Below are positions 1 to 11,165 of a stretch of 64,000 bases of DNA, one piece after another; position 1 is the first letter of the stretch; each line of letters begins with the position of its first letter. The position numbers and the translations under genes were made by a program. Origin of the DNA: Scyliorhinus canicula (lineage: Eukaryota). The notes below the pieces were generated by a model. That model was not told where the DNA came from. It searched no databases and saw only the letters and a program-made list of their open reading frames with translations. The stretch covers positions 200,876,059 through 200,940,058 of the forward strand of contig NC_052149.1 of assembly GCF_902713615.1 (NCBI RefSeq). The letters are read 5' to 3'.

Positions 1-199
1 CTGCTCCCTCCTCTCCATCCCATATGCCTCAGCCTCACTGAACCTCAAGGGTGCACCTCACGAAGGAGACCATTGGATCAGGAGAGATGAAACTTTTCCC
101 ATTGCATTACAATGAGCTGATCCTAGCTATTGAGAGCAAGCGAGCGGCCATCAATCAGAGGGGAGTCAGACATTCAGAAGATCTGCGAGGATCTATGCA

Positions 200-512
200 T
201 TGTCCCAAAAGCGGGCAACATAATCAAAGACCCCTCCCACCCAGCTTACTCACTCTTTCAACTTCTTCCATCGGGCAGGAGATACTAAAGTCTGAGAACA
301 CGCACTAACAGATTCAAAAACAACTTCTTCCCCGCTGTTAGCAGACTCCTAAACAACCCTCTTATGGACTGACCTGATTAATACTCCACTCCTGTATTCT
401 TCACCCGATGCTGGTGTCTATGTAGTTACACTGTATACATTGTGTTGCCCTAGTATGTATTTTCTTTTTCTTTTTTTTCATGTACTAAATGATCAGACTG
501 AACTGCCAGAGA
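200..512 (+). mobile_element. Rex1/Babar-type LINE 3' fragment (end of RT ORF + 3' UTR); its last ~40 nt lie inverted at 2840-2883
   Basis: Translates as KAGNIIKDPSHPAYSLFQLLPSGRRY*SLRTRTNRFKNNFFPAVSRLLN, the typical C-terminus of Rex1/Babar ORFs, followed by a T-rich 3' UTR. Confidence 0.75.
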
Positions 513-2839
513 GTTTGAGAGGCAGTTCGCCAAACACATGGAGGTGCTGCGTAAGGAGATGATAGCAGCTATGGAGGAGTTGCTGGAGGAGGCGATGGCA
601 CCGGTGATAGTGGTGGTTTTGAAGACATCGGCTGAGGTACGGGAGCAAAGAGAGAAGTTGAAGCGGGTGGAAGAAGTCCTGTTGCAACATAGTGACCAGT
701 TCACTTTGATGGGTGAGGAACTGCGGAGGATGGTGGAGGCCAACAAAGGACTTAGAGCCAAGGTGGAGGACCTGGAGAACAGGTCGAGGCAATTTTGAGA
801 ATAGTGGGCTTGCCTGAGAGGGTGGAGGGCCCGAGGTCGACTGAGTACTTCGCGAAGATGTTGGCGGAGTTGTTGGAGGTGGGGGAAGAATCCTGCCAGT
901 ATGAATTGGACAGGACTCATCGGTCACTCAGGCCCACGCCGAAAGCAAATTGGCCGCCAAGGACGGTCATAACTTGTTTCCACAAATTCCATGTCAAGGA
1001 GAAGGTCCTGAGTTGGGTGAAACAAAGGCGTGAGGTGCAGTGGGAAGGAGCTGGTATTCATATATACCAGGATTTAACTGTGGAGCTGGCGAGAAGGCGG
1101 GCGACTTTTGGATAGGTGAAGGCGGCACTCTTCAGTAATGGTGTGAGGTTCGGTATGGTCTGCTTGGCGAAGCTGAGGGTGATCTATAATTTGAAGGGCT
1201 TCTACTTTGAGACGGTGGAGGCGTTTGTGAAGGCCGATGGACTGGAGTTGAAATGAAAGATGGTACTGGGGTTTGGTTCTGGACTGAAGGAAGGAGGGGT
1301 GAAATGCTGTACACAGCCTTATTTCTTGTTTGTTGTTTCAGGATGTGTATTTATTCTGTATGTGTGGGGGCAACAGTTTGGTTTTTGGGATAGCTGATGG
1401 AAAAGGGCTGTGGGTTATGCTATGGGTTATAATGGGTCTGCTACGGGTTACAGTGGGTATGAGGATATTGGACGTTGGGGTTATGCTGGTCTTCTGGGGC
1501 GTGGCTTTTTGCATTGGTTTTGTTTGTTTGTCTTTGTTTTCAGAGACTGAGTCATGGGGGAGGGCATTTGGAGGAGAGGGGCCAGGCCCTCCACACTAGC
1601 AAACGAGGGTTGGCTAGTGAACGCGAGTGTGGTGGGGGGAAAGGCCATGGTCGTTGGAGTGTGGTCGAACAGGTTTCGGTGGGCCTGGGGTGTGAAAGGT
1701 GGGGGGGAATGGGATCGATACTGGTAGGGGTGTTTTCAAGCGGAAGTGGATGGAGGGATACTGGGAGGAAGGGGGGGGGGGGGGGGAGAGGTTCGATGGC
1801 AACAAAGGGACAGGGCGTGTCAGGTCCAGTGGGTAGAATTCGGGGTTCTGGTGATGATGGATAGGAGGGGCGGGTGTGTGCGTGTGTGTATGTGAGAGAG
1901 AGACCCCGGTCAGAATAGTAACGTGGAACATGAGGGGGTAAGTCAATGTACATATCAGAGACGAGCACTTTGGTGGGGAATATAATGGGACTGCTCCAAA
2001 TGCTTAGGTCATTTTCGGGGTATAAATTGAACTGAGGCAAGAGCGAGGATTTTATGGTTTCCCAGCCGGGAATGGGGGCAGGGGGGCTGCCCTTTCGTCT
2101 GGTGGCACCTACTTTAGGTACATAGGGATGCAGGTTGTGCGTGATTGGGGTGGGCTCCGAAGGTATAATTTTACTAGTTTGGTGGGGAGGGTGAAGGTCG
2201 ATTTGGCAAGGTGGGACAACCTTCCGCCGTCATTGGCGGCCGGGTGCAGGAAGTTAAAATGAATATGTTACCGTGATTTTTGTTCCTATTCCAGTGCCTG
2301 CCGGTCTTTCTACCAAAATCTTTCTTCATGGAGGTGGACAAATCGATCGCCTCATTTATTTGGTGGTGGTGGTGGTGGTGCGGGGGGTGGGGGGGGAGTG
2401 GCCCGGGTTAGGAGGGTGGTCTTGCAGAGAGGGTGACAGGCAGGGAAGCTAGGCCTCCCAAACCTACTGTACTATTACTGGGCGGAGAATGCAGAGAAAG
2501 TGAAGGGCTGGGTTAAGGGGGGCAAGGAGCCCCGATGAGTTAACATGGAGGAAGGCTCGTGTAGGGGGTCAGGGGTGTGGACGCTGGCAATGGCGCCGTT
2601 CACGATAGCACCGGGTAAGTATTCGGGGAGTCCGGTGGTGGTGGCCACTTTGAAGATCCGGAGGCAGTTTAGGCAGTACTTTAATCTGGGGGTTGTGTCA
2701 GGGAGGAAGCAGATTAGGGGGAATCATGGGCTCGAGCCGGGGAGCATGGTTGCGAGGTTTCGGAGATGGGACAAGAGGAGGGTTAAGGAAATGTAGGATC
2801 TGTTTCTTGGGGGATGATTTGCGAACTTGGAGGAGCTGG
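505..2839 (+). mobile_element. Decayed L1-clade LINE: ORF1 remnant, G-rich inter-ORF region, internally deleted ORF2
   Basis: ORF1 motifs KVEDLENRSR / RIVGLPE / LDRTHR / IYQDL (538-1115). ORF2 start VTWNMRG (1918-1938) is joined directly to the post-RT segment YISE..SFSGYKLN (1946 onward). Later pieces (KMNMLP*FLFLFQCLP, LPNLLYYYWA) match the young L1 at 34-38 kb. Contains stops and frameshifts. Confidence 0.85.
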
Positions 2840-2883
2840 TTGTCACGTGTACCAAGGTACAGTGAAAAGTATTTTTCTCTGGC
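2840..2883 (-). mobile_element. Inverted terminal segment of the Rex1/Babar LINE at 200-512
   Basis: Reverse complement GCCAGAGAAAAATACTTTTCACTGTACCTTGGTACACGTGACAA continues from GCCAGAGA at 505-512 and fits my recollection of this family's 3' end. Confidence 0.65.
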
Positions 2884-2981
2884 CTTGTGGATGAGTTCAC
2901 AGTATTTGTTTGGGAAGTTTCTTAGAATGATTTGTTCAGGAACAAACAGATTACAGACTAGTTTAGATCTATTAATGTGTA

Positions 2982-3328
2982 ATAGAACATAGAACAGTAC
3001 AGCACAGAACAGGCCCTTCGGCCCTCGATGTTGTGCCGAGCAATGATCACCCTACTCAAACCCACGTATCCACCCTATACCCGTAACCCAACAACCCCCC
3101 CCCCCCCCCCCCGGCCTTAACCTTACTTTTTAGGACACTACGGGCAATTTAGCATGGCCAATCCACCTAACCCGCACATCTTTGGACTGTGGGAGGAAAC
3201 CGAAGCACCCGGAGGAAACCCACGCACACACGGGGAGGACGTGCAGACTCCGCACAGACAGTGACCCAGCCGGGAACCGAACCTGGGACCCTGGAGCTGT
3301 GAAGCATTTATGCTAACCATTATGCTAA
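2982..3328 (-). mobile_element. HE1/V-SINE-type tRNA-derived SINE with a tail matching the young CR1
   Basis: Box B-like GGTTCGGTTCC, V-SINE-like body, and tail TACAGCACAGAACAGGCCCTTCGGCCC..GATGTTG.GCCGA (+ strand) nearly identical to 52099-52140. Confidence 0.9.
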
Positions 3329-3439
3329 CTAATGAGACAGAATTAATCGATCATCTCATAATAAAGGACTCTCCAGGTAAGAGTTATCATAACATGTGAA
3401 ATTTCACATTCAGTTTGAGGGTGAGAAATGTGGGTCTGA

Positions 3440-4745
3440 AACGAGTGACTTAAACTTAAATAAAGGCAATTTCAACGGTAGGCAAACGGAGTTTCCCACA
3501 GAGTATTGGGGAAATAGATGAAAAGGTAAAACGGAAGATAAGCAGTGGTTGGCATTTAAGGAGATATTTCAATATTTCATAATGCTTAACAAAGTTATAT
3601 TCCATTGAGAAAGAAAGACTCCACGAGAAGGATGCCCTATCAAAAGAAGTTGCGGATGTTATCAAATTGGAAGAGAAAGCATACAATGCTGCAAAGATTA
3701 GTGGTAGGGCTGAAGATTGAGTAAATTTTAGAAACCAGCAAAGGACGACTAAAAAAATAATAAAGGTGGAATATTTAGCTAAAGGAAACATTGCCTTTAA
3801 AGGATGAGACTGGAGATTAATAATGTGAAACAAAGGAATGGCAGAAACTTTGAACAGATATTTTGCATCTGTCGTCAGGGTAGGCCGCACAAAAAGCATC
3901 CCAATGATAGTACAAAATCAAGGGGCAAAGGGGAGAGAGAAACTTAAAACAATCACCAATCATTAGAAAATACTGGGAAAACTAGGATTCACAGCTGACA
4001 GGCCCCTAGACCTGATGGCTTGCAACCTTGGGTCTTAAAAGAACTGACTACAGAGATAGTGGATGCACTCATCGTGATCTTGCAAAATTCCATAGATTGG
4101 AAAATTGCACATATAACACCTCCATTCAAGAAAGGAGGGAGATAGAAAGCTATAGGTCAGTTTCCCAATATCTGTTATTGGGAAAATGATGGAAGCAGTT
4201 GCAGGACATTTAGAGAATCATAACACAATCAAATAGAGTCAACATGGTTTTATGAAAGATAAATTGTGCTTGACAAATTTATTAGAATTCTTTGAGGAGG
4301 TAACAAGCAGGATTGATAAAGGGGAACTTGTAGATGTGTATTTGTATTTCCAAATTTGTTAAAGTGCCTCATAAAAGATTACTGCACAAATGAGACCTCA
4401 TTATGTTGGGGGTAATATATTAGCATGAATAGAGGATTTGTAAACTAACAGAAATTGTACTTAGAGGCATGCCACAGGAATTTGCTAGTGCCTCAACTAT
4501 TTACAATCAATAATAACTTGGATTAAGGGATTGAGTGGCCAAATGTTCTCATCATACAAAGATAGGTAGGAGGGTTAATTTTTGGAATCCTCTACCCAGA
4601 CAACAATGAAGGCTATATATTAATGGCTGAATTAGACAGGTCTTTGATCCAGAAGGGTGTGGTTTGGTTTGGGGGGGGCTGGGGTTAAGCCACAAATTAG
4701 ATCAGCCACAATCTTATCAAGTAATGAAGCAGGCTCAAGAGGACA
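3440..4745 (+). mobile_element. Decayed CR1 (HER1-like) LINE
   Basis: Remnants such as PDGLQPWVLKELTTEIVDAL and SQHGFMKDKLCLTNLLEFFEEVTSRIDKG; many stops and deletions. Confidence 0.8.
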
Positions 4746-4749
4746 GGAG

Positions 4750-5077
4750 GGGCAGCACAGTAGCCTTGTGGATAGCACAATTGCTTCACAGCTCCAGGAT
4801 CCCAGGTTCGATTCCGGCTTGGGTCACTGTCTGTGTGGAGTCTGCACGGGTTTCCTCCAGGTGCTCCGGTTTCCTCCCACAGTCCAAAGATGTGCAGGTT
4901 AGGTGGATTGGCCATGATAAATTGCCCTTAGTGTCCAAAATTGCCCTTAGTGTTGGGTGGGGTTACTGGGTTATGGGGATAGGGTGGAGGTGTTGACCTT
5001 GGGTGGGGTGCTCTTTCCAAGAGCCGGTGCAGACTCGATGGGCCGAATGGCCTCCTTCTGCACTGTAAATTCTATGA
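4750..5077 (+). mobile_element. HE1/V-SINE-type SINE, near full length, classic CR1-type tail
   Basis: GGGCAGCAC head, box B GGTTCGATTCC, V-domain-like body, ends GGCCGAATGGCCTCCTTCTGCACTGTAAATTCTATGA. Confidence 0.92.
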
Positions 5078-5489
5078 TGACATAATGTCTGCTCTATTGC
5101 TTATGTAAATTGAGACTGATAAGATTTTTTTTGCACGGCAAAAGGACACAGAGCTAAGGAAGATAGCTGGAATTAAAAAATATACATCAGCCATGGAAGG
5201 CTGGAATGGTCTACCTCCTATTCCTAACTGAAGGAGCTCTACCTCAAAGTGAGTTACAGTTCCTCTCACTGCCTTGGCTAACACAAATCCCTTAACCATC
5301 ATCACATTAACTGGTCATTGAGTTCAGGTGTGTGGGGACCTTGCAAGTGCAAACTGGCTGAACTACCAAAATTACATGATTTCCTATGAGGCACTTGGGG
5401 GCGAGGGAGCATGATTAGTAACATAAAACGATGTGTGCGTGTATGATGAATGGAGTGGAATTCCTGCTCTCTGAACATTATCTAGTGTG

Positions 5490-6070
5490 GGAGATGCACA
5501 GGGCGCCTACGGAAGCCGCGGCGGTGCAGCCCGCCAACATGCTGAGGGCGCCAGGCCCGCGGCCTGCTCGCAGGGCATGCCGGGAGCGGCAGACGCACGC
5601 GGGGTCTGCCGGGAAGATGGCGGATACCAGCTTGGACGATTTCCTCAAGCGGAACCGGGAGATGGCCGACCTGAGCCTGGAGCAGCTCCGGGGCCTGTCC
5701 GAGAGCGACAAACACTGGACGGCGCGTCGGAGCTTCCTGGCGCGGAACCTCTCCCACTACCCGAGGGAGCGCATGGATTACCTGGTCGCGCTCTCCATGG
5801 TCTGGGCCAACCATATCTTCATGGGCTGCCGGTAAGCCGGGGGGTGGGGAAGGTTAGGCAGGGGGTGGCCGGCGGGGCTCCACTCGGCTTCTGTAGCCCA
5901 GGCTGGTTGACTCCCTCCCCGGGAGGGAGGGGGCGATTGGAGGCGTGGGGAGATCTGTCTGGGCGGCGAGTCCGCTTGGACGGACCAAAGAGAGGCCTTG
6001 TTGAGACTGGCTGCACAAGTAGCCCGAGGCCGGCTGCTGGTCTTCCCCCAGCAGTAACTCGAGGGGGAGG
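5490..6070 (+). promoter_or_regulatory. CpG island / promoter of CDKN2AIPNL
   Basis: CpG-dense against an AT-rich background. ETS-like CGGAAG at ~5510; YY1-type AAGATGGCGG overlaps the ATG (5614-5623). Confidence 0.75.
5617..5831 (+). CDS. CDKN2AIPNL: CDKN2AIP N-terminal-like protein (XTBD, XRN2-binding), coding exon 1
   Basis: MADTSLDDFLKRNREMADLSLEQLRGLSESDKHWTARRSFL...LSMVWANHIFMGC matches the XTBD signature. Donor CG|GTAAGC after 5831 (phase 2). No large CARF-type last exon follows, and the gene is adjacent to a RAD6 gene as in human UBE2B-CDKN2AIPNL. Confidence 0.92.
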
Positions 6071-6378
6071 GGGTTTCCCCAATAATTCTGTGCACAGTCC
6101 AACGCCCTTCACGGCACTATTGCAACATGGTTTCAACGGAAACTCACCATAAAGTCCCCCACTCTATTAGTATCAGGGTGTTCTTTTTACCCCCCCCAAC
6201 CCCGTCTTAAAACAAGCCAATAAGCGACTGGCCCTTATTCTCCTTCAACTGAATTTTACGAATAATTTGTAAAATTACGAAGGTTGGTGTTCAGAAGAAT
6301 GTAGTTCACTTAAAATTCACAGATGTGTTTTGTAATGACCTGTGCTGTATGGTGTACTGTAACCTGTATTGTTTTTAG

Positions 6379-6481
6379 TTACAGTGAGCAACTTATGGAG
6401 AAGGTTTTGGAAATGGCAGATGGAGTTAATGTTGAAGATGCACCAACTTTCACTACAAGAGATCAGATAATAAATAAACAG
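6379..6481 (+). CDS. CDKN2AIPNL: CDKN2AIPNL coding exon 2
   Basis: Acceptor tattgtttttag|T, phase-compatible with exon 1; (R)YSEQLMEKVLEMADGVNVEDAPTFTTRDQIINKQ; donor CAG|GTACTG. Confidence 0.92.
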
Positions 6482-6718
6482 GTACTGTACAACAAGGATA
6501 TAGGTTTGCAATACAGAAGGTGGCCATGTGGCTGATCCTGTCCCTGCATATCTGAAAAAGAGATATCTGCTCTAATCCCACTTTCCAGATCTTGGTCCGT
6601 AGCCATGTAGTTTTTGGTACCCTCTGATCCTGCCAATTACTTTGCACCTCTGCCTCCTGGTTCTTGAAATAATTATTTCATATCTACTCGGTCCCTCATG
6701 ATTTTATACACCACAATT

Positions 6719-7019
6719 GGCATAGTGGTTAACACTAAGGGTCGGGTTCAATTCCAGCCTCGGGTGACTGTGGCATATGCACTTTCTCCCCGTGTCTGCG
6801 TGGGTTTCCTCTGGGTGCTTTTGTTTCCTCCCACAGCCCAAAGATGTGTAGATTAGATGGATTGGCTATGCTAAAGTGCCCCTCCAAATGGCTATGTGGG
6901 GTACATGGTTCGGGGTGTGGGGTGGGCCTAAGTAAGGTACTTTTTCCACTAAAAAAAAGGAGTCGGTGGTGACTCGATGGGCCAAATGGCCTCCTGCACT
7001 GTAGAGATTCTACAATTCT
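6719..7019 (+). mobile_element. HE1/V-SINE-type SINE (older copy)
   Basis: Same head, body and tail as 4750-5077, more diverged. Confidence 0.85.
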
Positions 7020-7467
7020 AAATATCCCCTCTTTGTTCCAGTAATAATCTGCGAAAGAACAGCATTTTAAATTTCCCTTTTCTGTTTTCTCCACACCAAT
7101 TGACTGCGAAATGTTTTTATAAAAAAAAAAGGGATTTCAAAATTGGGAAAGAGTGGATAACTTCTTAAACAGTTAAACTCAGATTTTTCCTGACATCCAC
7201 CAACAGTGATCAATCTTTGCAGATGTGGTTGCGAACTGGTTGTTTTAGTGCCATGCCTAAGGTCAAAATCTTAGTGGAGTAGCTGATTCTGCATCCCGCC
7301 AACCTAGAACCTAATCAGTGCTGTTTCTACACCCATATTCCTGCCTCTTCTGAAAATGGCACTGGGATGTGAGTGAGCCATTGTTTCAATATCGCATTTA
7401 TATGTTTTGCAGCTAAACAATTTTGTCCTTTTTTTTAATGGTTAATAAGCATTTCTTTGACTTGCAG

Positions 7468-7473
7468 GAGTAA
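7468..7473 (+). CDS. CDKN2AIPNL: CDKN2AIPNL terminal exon candidate A (E-stop)
   Basis: Branch-like TTAAT at 7442, acceptor atttctttgacttgcag|GAG TAA in phase 0. The human gene also ends in a very short last coding exon. Confidence 0.45.
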   Translation, partial: E

Positions 7474-8229
7474 CTGGTTTGATTTAAGGACGCTTTTTTT
7501 TATACCCCTCTTGAGGATGCTGCTTGAAACTAATGTAATTCATTATGTGGTTTGGCATTAAATTTTGTTTGATAAGGCTCCTGTGAAGCACTGTCTTGAT
7601 GTTTTAATTTGGCTACCACTATGAAGATTTTGTTTGTCAACTGCATGATGATTTCTGCATCATAACAGGATTGTGATCAAGAGCATTGTATGGCAAAGGG
7701 TAGACCGGGAATTAGAGGGTTGCAGATCATGTGGTTTTCCAATTTTTTTTTTTAAAGCTTTGCAAATGGGTACTATTGAGCTTTCCCTCAGAAGCACAGC
7801 AAGATGTTGGTGTTATCTAAATTGTACATTTCAAATCATGGGAGTCTCAACAGAGATAATATAACATCCCCCAATATATTTGTTCTCTATTCACTTTACA
7901 AAGGTCCACTCAATATTAGAAATCTGATCAGCATCTCACGAGTCTATCACAACTCAATGGGATGGATTTCATGCCATTTTCATTCACACATCCATTAGAA
8001 CTTTCCATCTTTCAAAATGTATGATTATATATGGTAATGGTACATTTTAATCGAATTAGTTACAGCAGCATTTCACAATTCATTAGGTTATCTGATGCTG
8101 TTTTGTTTTTAAAAGGGGTCCAAATATCTATATAAGAATTAGGGGCAGGAGTAGGCCATCTGGCCCTTCGAGCCTGCTCTGCCATTCATTGAGATTGGGG
8201 CTGATCTTTTGTGGGCTCAGCTCTTGCTC

Positions 8230-8457
8230 TTGTTGTCCCACTTAGTCGCCATAGTCCCAGATGACCGTAGGCTGCTTTCCCCTTTAGCAGGGAGAGCTGA
8301 CTGTTGGTGATTTAACCTGAGGATCATCACACCTCACACTAGAGGCAAGGTTGAGAAGGTGGGGCCTTCATGAACAACTTCAGCCGGGATGAGAATTGAA
8401 CCCACACTGTTGGCCTTGCTCTGCATCATGAACCAGCTGTCCAGCCAACTGAGCTAA
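8230..8457 (-). mobile_element. tRNA-derived SINE of a second family, inserted next to a CR1 3' tail (8135-8225)
   Basis: Minus strand: TTAGCTCAGTTGG (box A), GGGTTCAATTC (box B), body GATCCTCAGGTTAAATCACC...GGGACTATGGCGACT. Confidence 0.75.
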
Positions 8458-8461
8458 GTAA

Positions 8462-9021
8462 ATTGTCTCCTTAGCGTGAAGGAGGCAAACAGACTTAATA
8501 TTATTTCCTGAGCTACGCTGGATTTCAATGTCTTCATTGTGTTGTGGCCACGGTATATGTTTGGACATATATTTTTAGGATGTGGCTAGTTTGATAGTGA
8601 AAAAATAAATTTAAAGATGTACCAGTTTGGTTCCTTCAATGTGTTAAATGCCTGATCTATCTTCAGTTCTTCGCCCGAATACAGAGTATTTGTTATCCAG
8701 TGTCGTGTTTTATTTGATGTGACAAATCCTCAGATTTCCAATATCTAGAGGCTTGGATGCAGAATTAAAACTGTTAGGACTGAATGTATCAGTACTGATT
8801 CTATTAGAATGCAACAGAAATTAACAATGTCCTGTGTGATTAAGGCTGCACTACAAATGGAAGATGGTTGTGTTTTTTTAAACACTATGAATGAAAATGC
8901 ATTTGTGTGGTACTCTTTACCTTGTCATGACTGCAATTTTGATCTTCTGCCGCCATGCAGTACATCGTTTTTTGATGTAGACGATATTTACTTTTGTCTG
9001 TTTGTTTTAACATTGTCACAT
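8462..9021 (+). repeat. Diverged local duplication, copy A (paralogous to 10277-10835)
   Basis: Colinear shared blocks: GGCAAACAGA, TTATTTCCTGAGC, GGATTTCAATGTC, GTGTTGTGGCCA, TAGTTTGATAGTGAAAA, TTCCTTCAATGTGTTAAA, GAATACAGAGTATTTGTT, TTGGATGCAGAATTAAA, TAGAATGCAACAGAA, AATTTTGATCTTCT, TTTTAACATTGTCACAT. Confidence 0.92.
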
Positions 9022-9328
9022 CAGATGAGGCGGAAGTTCTGCAGGAATGGAAAAAAAAGCAGGAAATCCATTCCATTATTGAGCTATGATAACAAAGCTC
9101 TTGGGAGACTTGAGTCATGAGATGCTGATCAGGTTTTTAAAACTTAGTGGATTTTTAAAAAGTAAATGGAAAACAAATATATCAGGAGTTATTATTTCTG
9201 AGGAGTCAGGTGATGAATGATAAATGCAAGGTCACAACATTACTATATGAAACAAAATGGCATTTTACACCCGCTTGAGTGGGCTAGATGGGAGGATTTA
9301 TGTTAGTAAATCTAAAATATTGTTCTTT

Positions 9329-9699
9329 GGGCTTGAATACAAGAAAGAAGGTTAACACTCCAGTGCAGTGCTGAGGGGGAGCTCTGCACTGTTGGAGGCG
9401 ATGCTTTTTGGATGAGGTATTAAATACCATCTGCCCGATCAGTTGGATGTAAAAGATCCATGGCACTATTGTGAAGAGGAAAAGGGCGAGTTATCCTTTG
9501 TCCTGGACAATATGTATTCCTCAATCAACATCACTTTAAAAAAATTTTTAAAATCTGGTCATTTTCACACTGCTTCAAGTGACTGCTGTATTTCATCCAT
9601 TCCAACAAAGACTGATCTTCAAAAGACATTCGATGGCTATAAAGTGCTTTGAGATGTCCGGTGGCAATGATCCACTATATAAATGCATGTTGTCTTTTT
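9329..9699 (+). mobile_element. Deu-domain SINE (SacSINE1/AmnSINE1-like), 5' truncated
   Basis: Deu-like core CACTCCAGTGCAGTGCTGAGGG..GCACTG..GGATGAG..GTAAAAGATCCATGGCACTATT..CCTCAATCAACATCAC and tail AAAGTGCTTTGAGATGTCC..CTATATAAATGCA. Confidence 0.8.
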
Positions 9700-9708
9700 C
9701 TGTTTCAG

Positions 9709-9717
9709 AAATGGTAA
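9709..9717 (+). CDS. CDKN2AIPNL: CDKN2AIPNL terminal exon candidate B (KW-stop)
   Basis: Strong acceptor ttgtctttttctgtttcag|AAA TGG TAA in phase 0, followed by SINE-free UTR-like sequence up to AATAAA at 10889. Confidence 0.4.
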   Translation, partial: KW

Positions 9718-10276
9718 AAAAAGTTTCCAGGACAGAGGTCTTTTGATGGAACTGCAGTGTTGACTGCAAGTTTTCTGGAAGTTGCAAAGAAAACGGACTC
9801 TGTGTGCACTGAGTCTTTATTCCCGGATGCAACCAGCAATCAAATTTATTGCAGATGCCTAATCTGAATCTTATGACTAGATTTTATTTATCTGGTCACA
9901 TTGTTGACCATAAATATTACAGGAGAATTTTGTAGTTCTCATTCAGTTGTAAATGGGAATTGGGGATGGAACTGGTTAGGGAGTGGCAGGAACATTGCAG
10001 AATATCTTCAGTAAAGGTTCAACATTTTAAATGATTTCAGAATTGGCATCAAATGTTTACTTTTCAAATCCATCATTTAAATCGGTGACCAAGCTACTCC
10101 TGTACTAAAATTAAATGGCTAGTTATTAGACTATGCTGCTTTTTGCAGATTTGCAGGAGAAAGGAATGTTTTTTTTTAAACTGCCTGGAGCAAATTGCAT
10201 TTGGAAAAGGTGTATTTTAATGAAATTAATTTCCACTGCATTTCACATGATCACGCTGTCCCACATTATAGGGAAA

Positions 10277-10835
10277 TTATTGTCTTAAGAAGGGGCAAAC
10301 AGATATCATTATTTCCTGAGCCGTTTATGGATTTCAATGTCCTCATTGGTGTTGTGGCCAAAGTACATATTTGGATATATATTTTTAGGGTGGGGGTAGT
10401 TTGATAGTGAAAACACTTGGTTAAAGATGCACAAGTTGGATTCCTTCAATGTGTTAAACGTCTGATTTAAATCCGTTTTTGATCAGAATACAGAGTATTT
10501 GTTGTCCTGTGTCATGTTATTTTTACGTGATAAAGCCTAAGATTTCAAATGTTTAGAGGTTTGGATGCAGAATTAAACACTCTTGATCTATTACATGATA
10601 CTGATTCGATTGTATTTATAGAATGCAACAGAATTAATGGTGTTCTATGTGACTTAAGAATGATCTGCAAATGGAGGATTTGATCATATTAGATCTTTGA
10701 TTTTTTTAACCAACATGAGTGAAAATTCACACTTTACCATGTCATAATTATAATTTTGATCTTCTACCACCTGACTTATATTGTTTTTTGATGTGAACAA
10801 TATTTACTTCTGTCTGTTTTTTAACATTGTCACAT
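10277..10835 (+). repeat. Diverged local duplication, copy B (likely CDKN2AIPNL 3' UTR)
   Basis: Aligns colinearly with 8462-9021. Confidence 0.92.
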
Positions 10836-10888
10836 TTTTTGTTAGATCAGTTTGAACGGGATCTTAACATTTTATAATTTCTGAATGC

Positions 10889-10894
10889 AATAAA
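10889..10894 (+). terminator. Candidate poly(A) signal of CDKN2AIPNL
   Basis: AATAAA followed ~20 nt later by a T/GT-rich tract. Alternatives at 8604 and 12145. Confidence 0.5.
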
Positions 10895-11165
10895 TTGACC
10901 TCTTGAACAAATTGCTTTTAGTCTGTATTTTTGATTGGATTTGAAATTTAAGCTTTAATTTAAACTGCTAACTCCAGAGTTCCACTTATTTGATTACTTA
11001 AAATGCTTGTTTGAATAACTTTATGAATGCATAATTCGTAAGAGGATATTGTTGGTTGAACAGCAGTCTAGATTATGAATATATCCTGCAGAGATAGATC
11101 TCCAAAGAACTCGATTTCTTCCCATTCAGTGCCAGATAGTCCTGTAAGGAGAGTGACGCTTATCA

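Noticed and set aside
4750-5077. tRNA genes at the many box A/box B motifs
   Set aside because: All continue into SINE bodies and lack a complete cloverleaf.
5431-6152. Longer ORFs over CDKN2AIPNL exon 1 (134-aa N-terminal extension; 221-aa overlapping frame)
   Set aside because: XTBD similarity starts near M5617, which has a strong Kozak context. The other ORFs reflect CpG-island stop scarcity.
5617-6481. Calling the gene CDKN2AIP (CARF) or NKRF
   Set aside because: No large downstream coding exon exists before the convergent UBE2B UTR, and the synteny fits CDKN2AIPNL.
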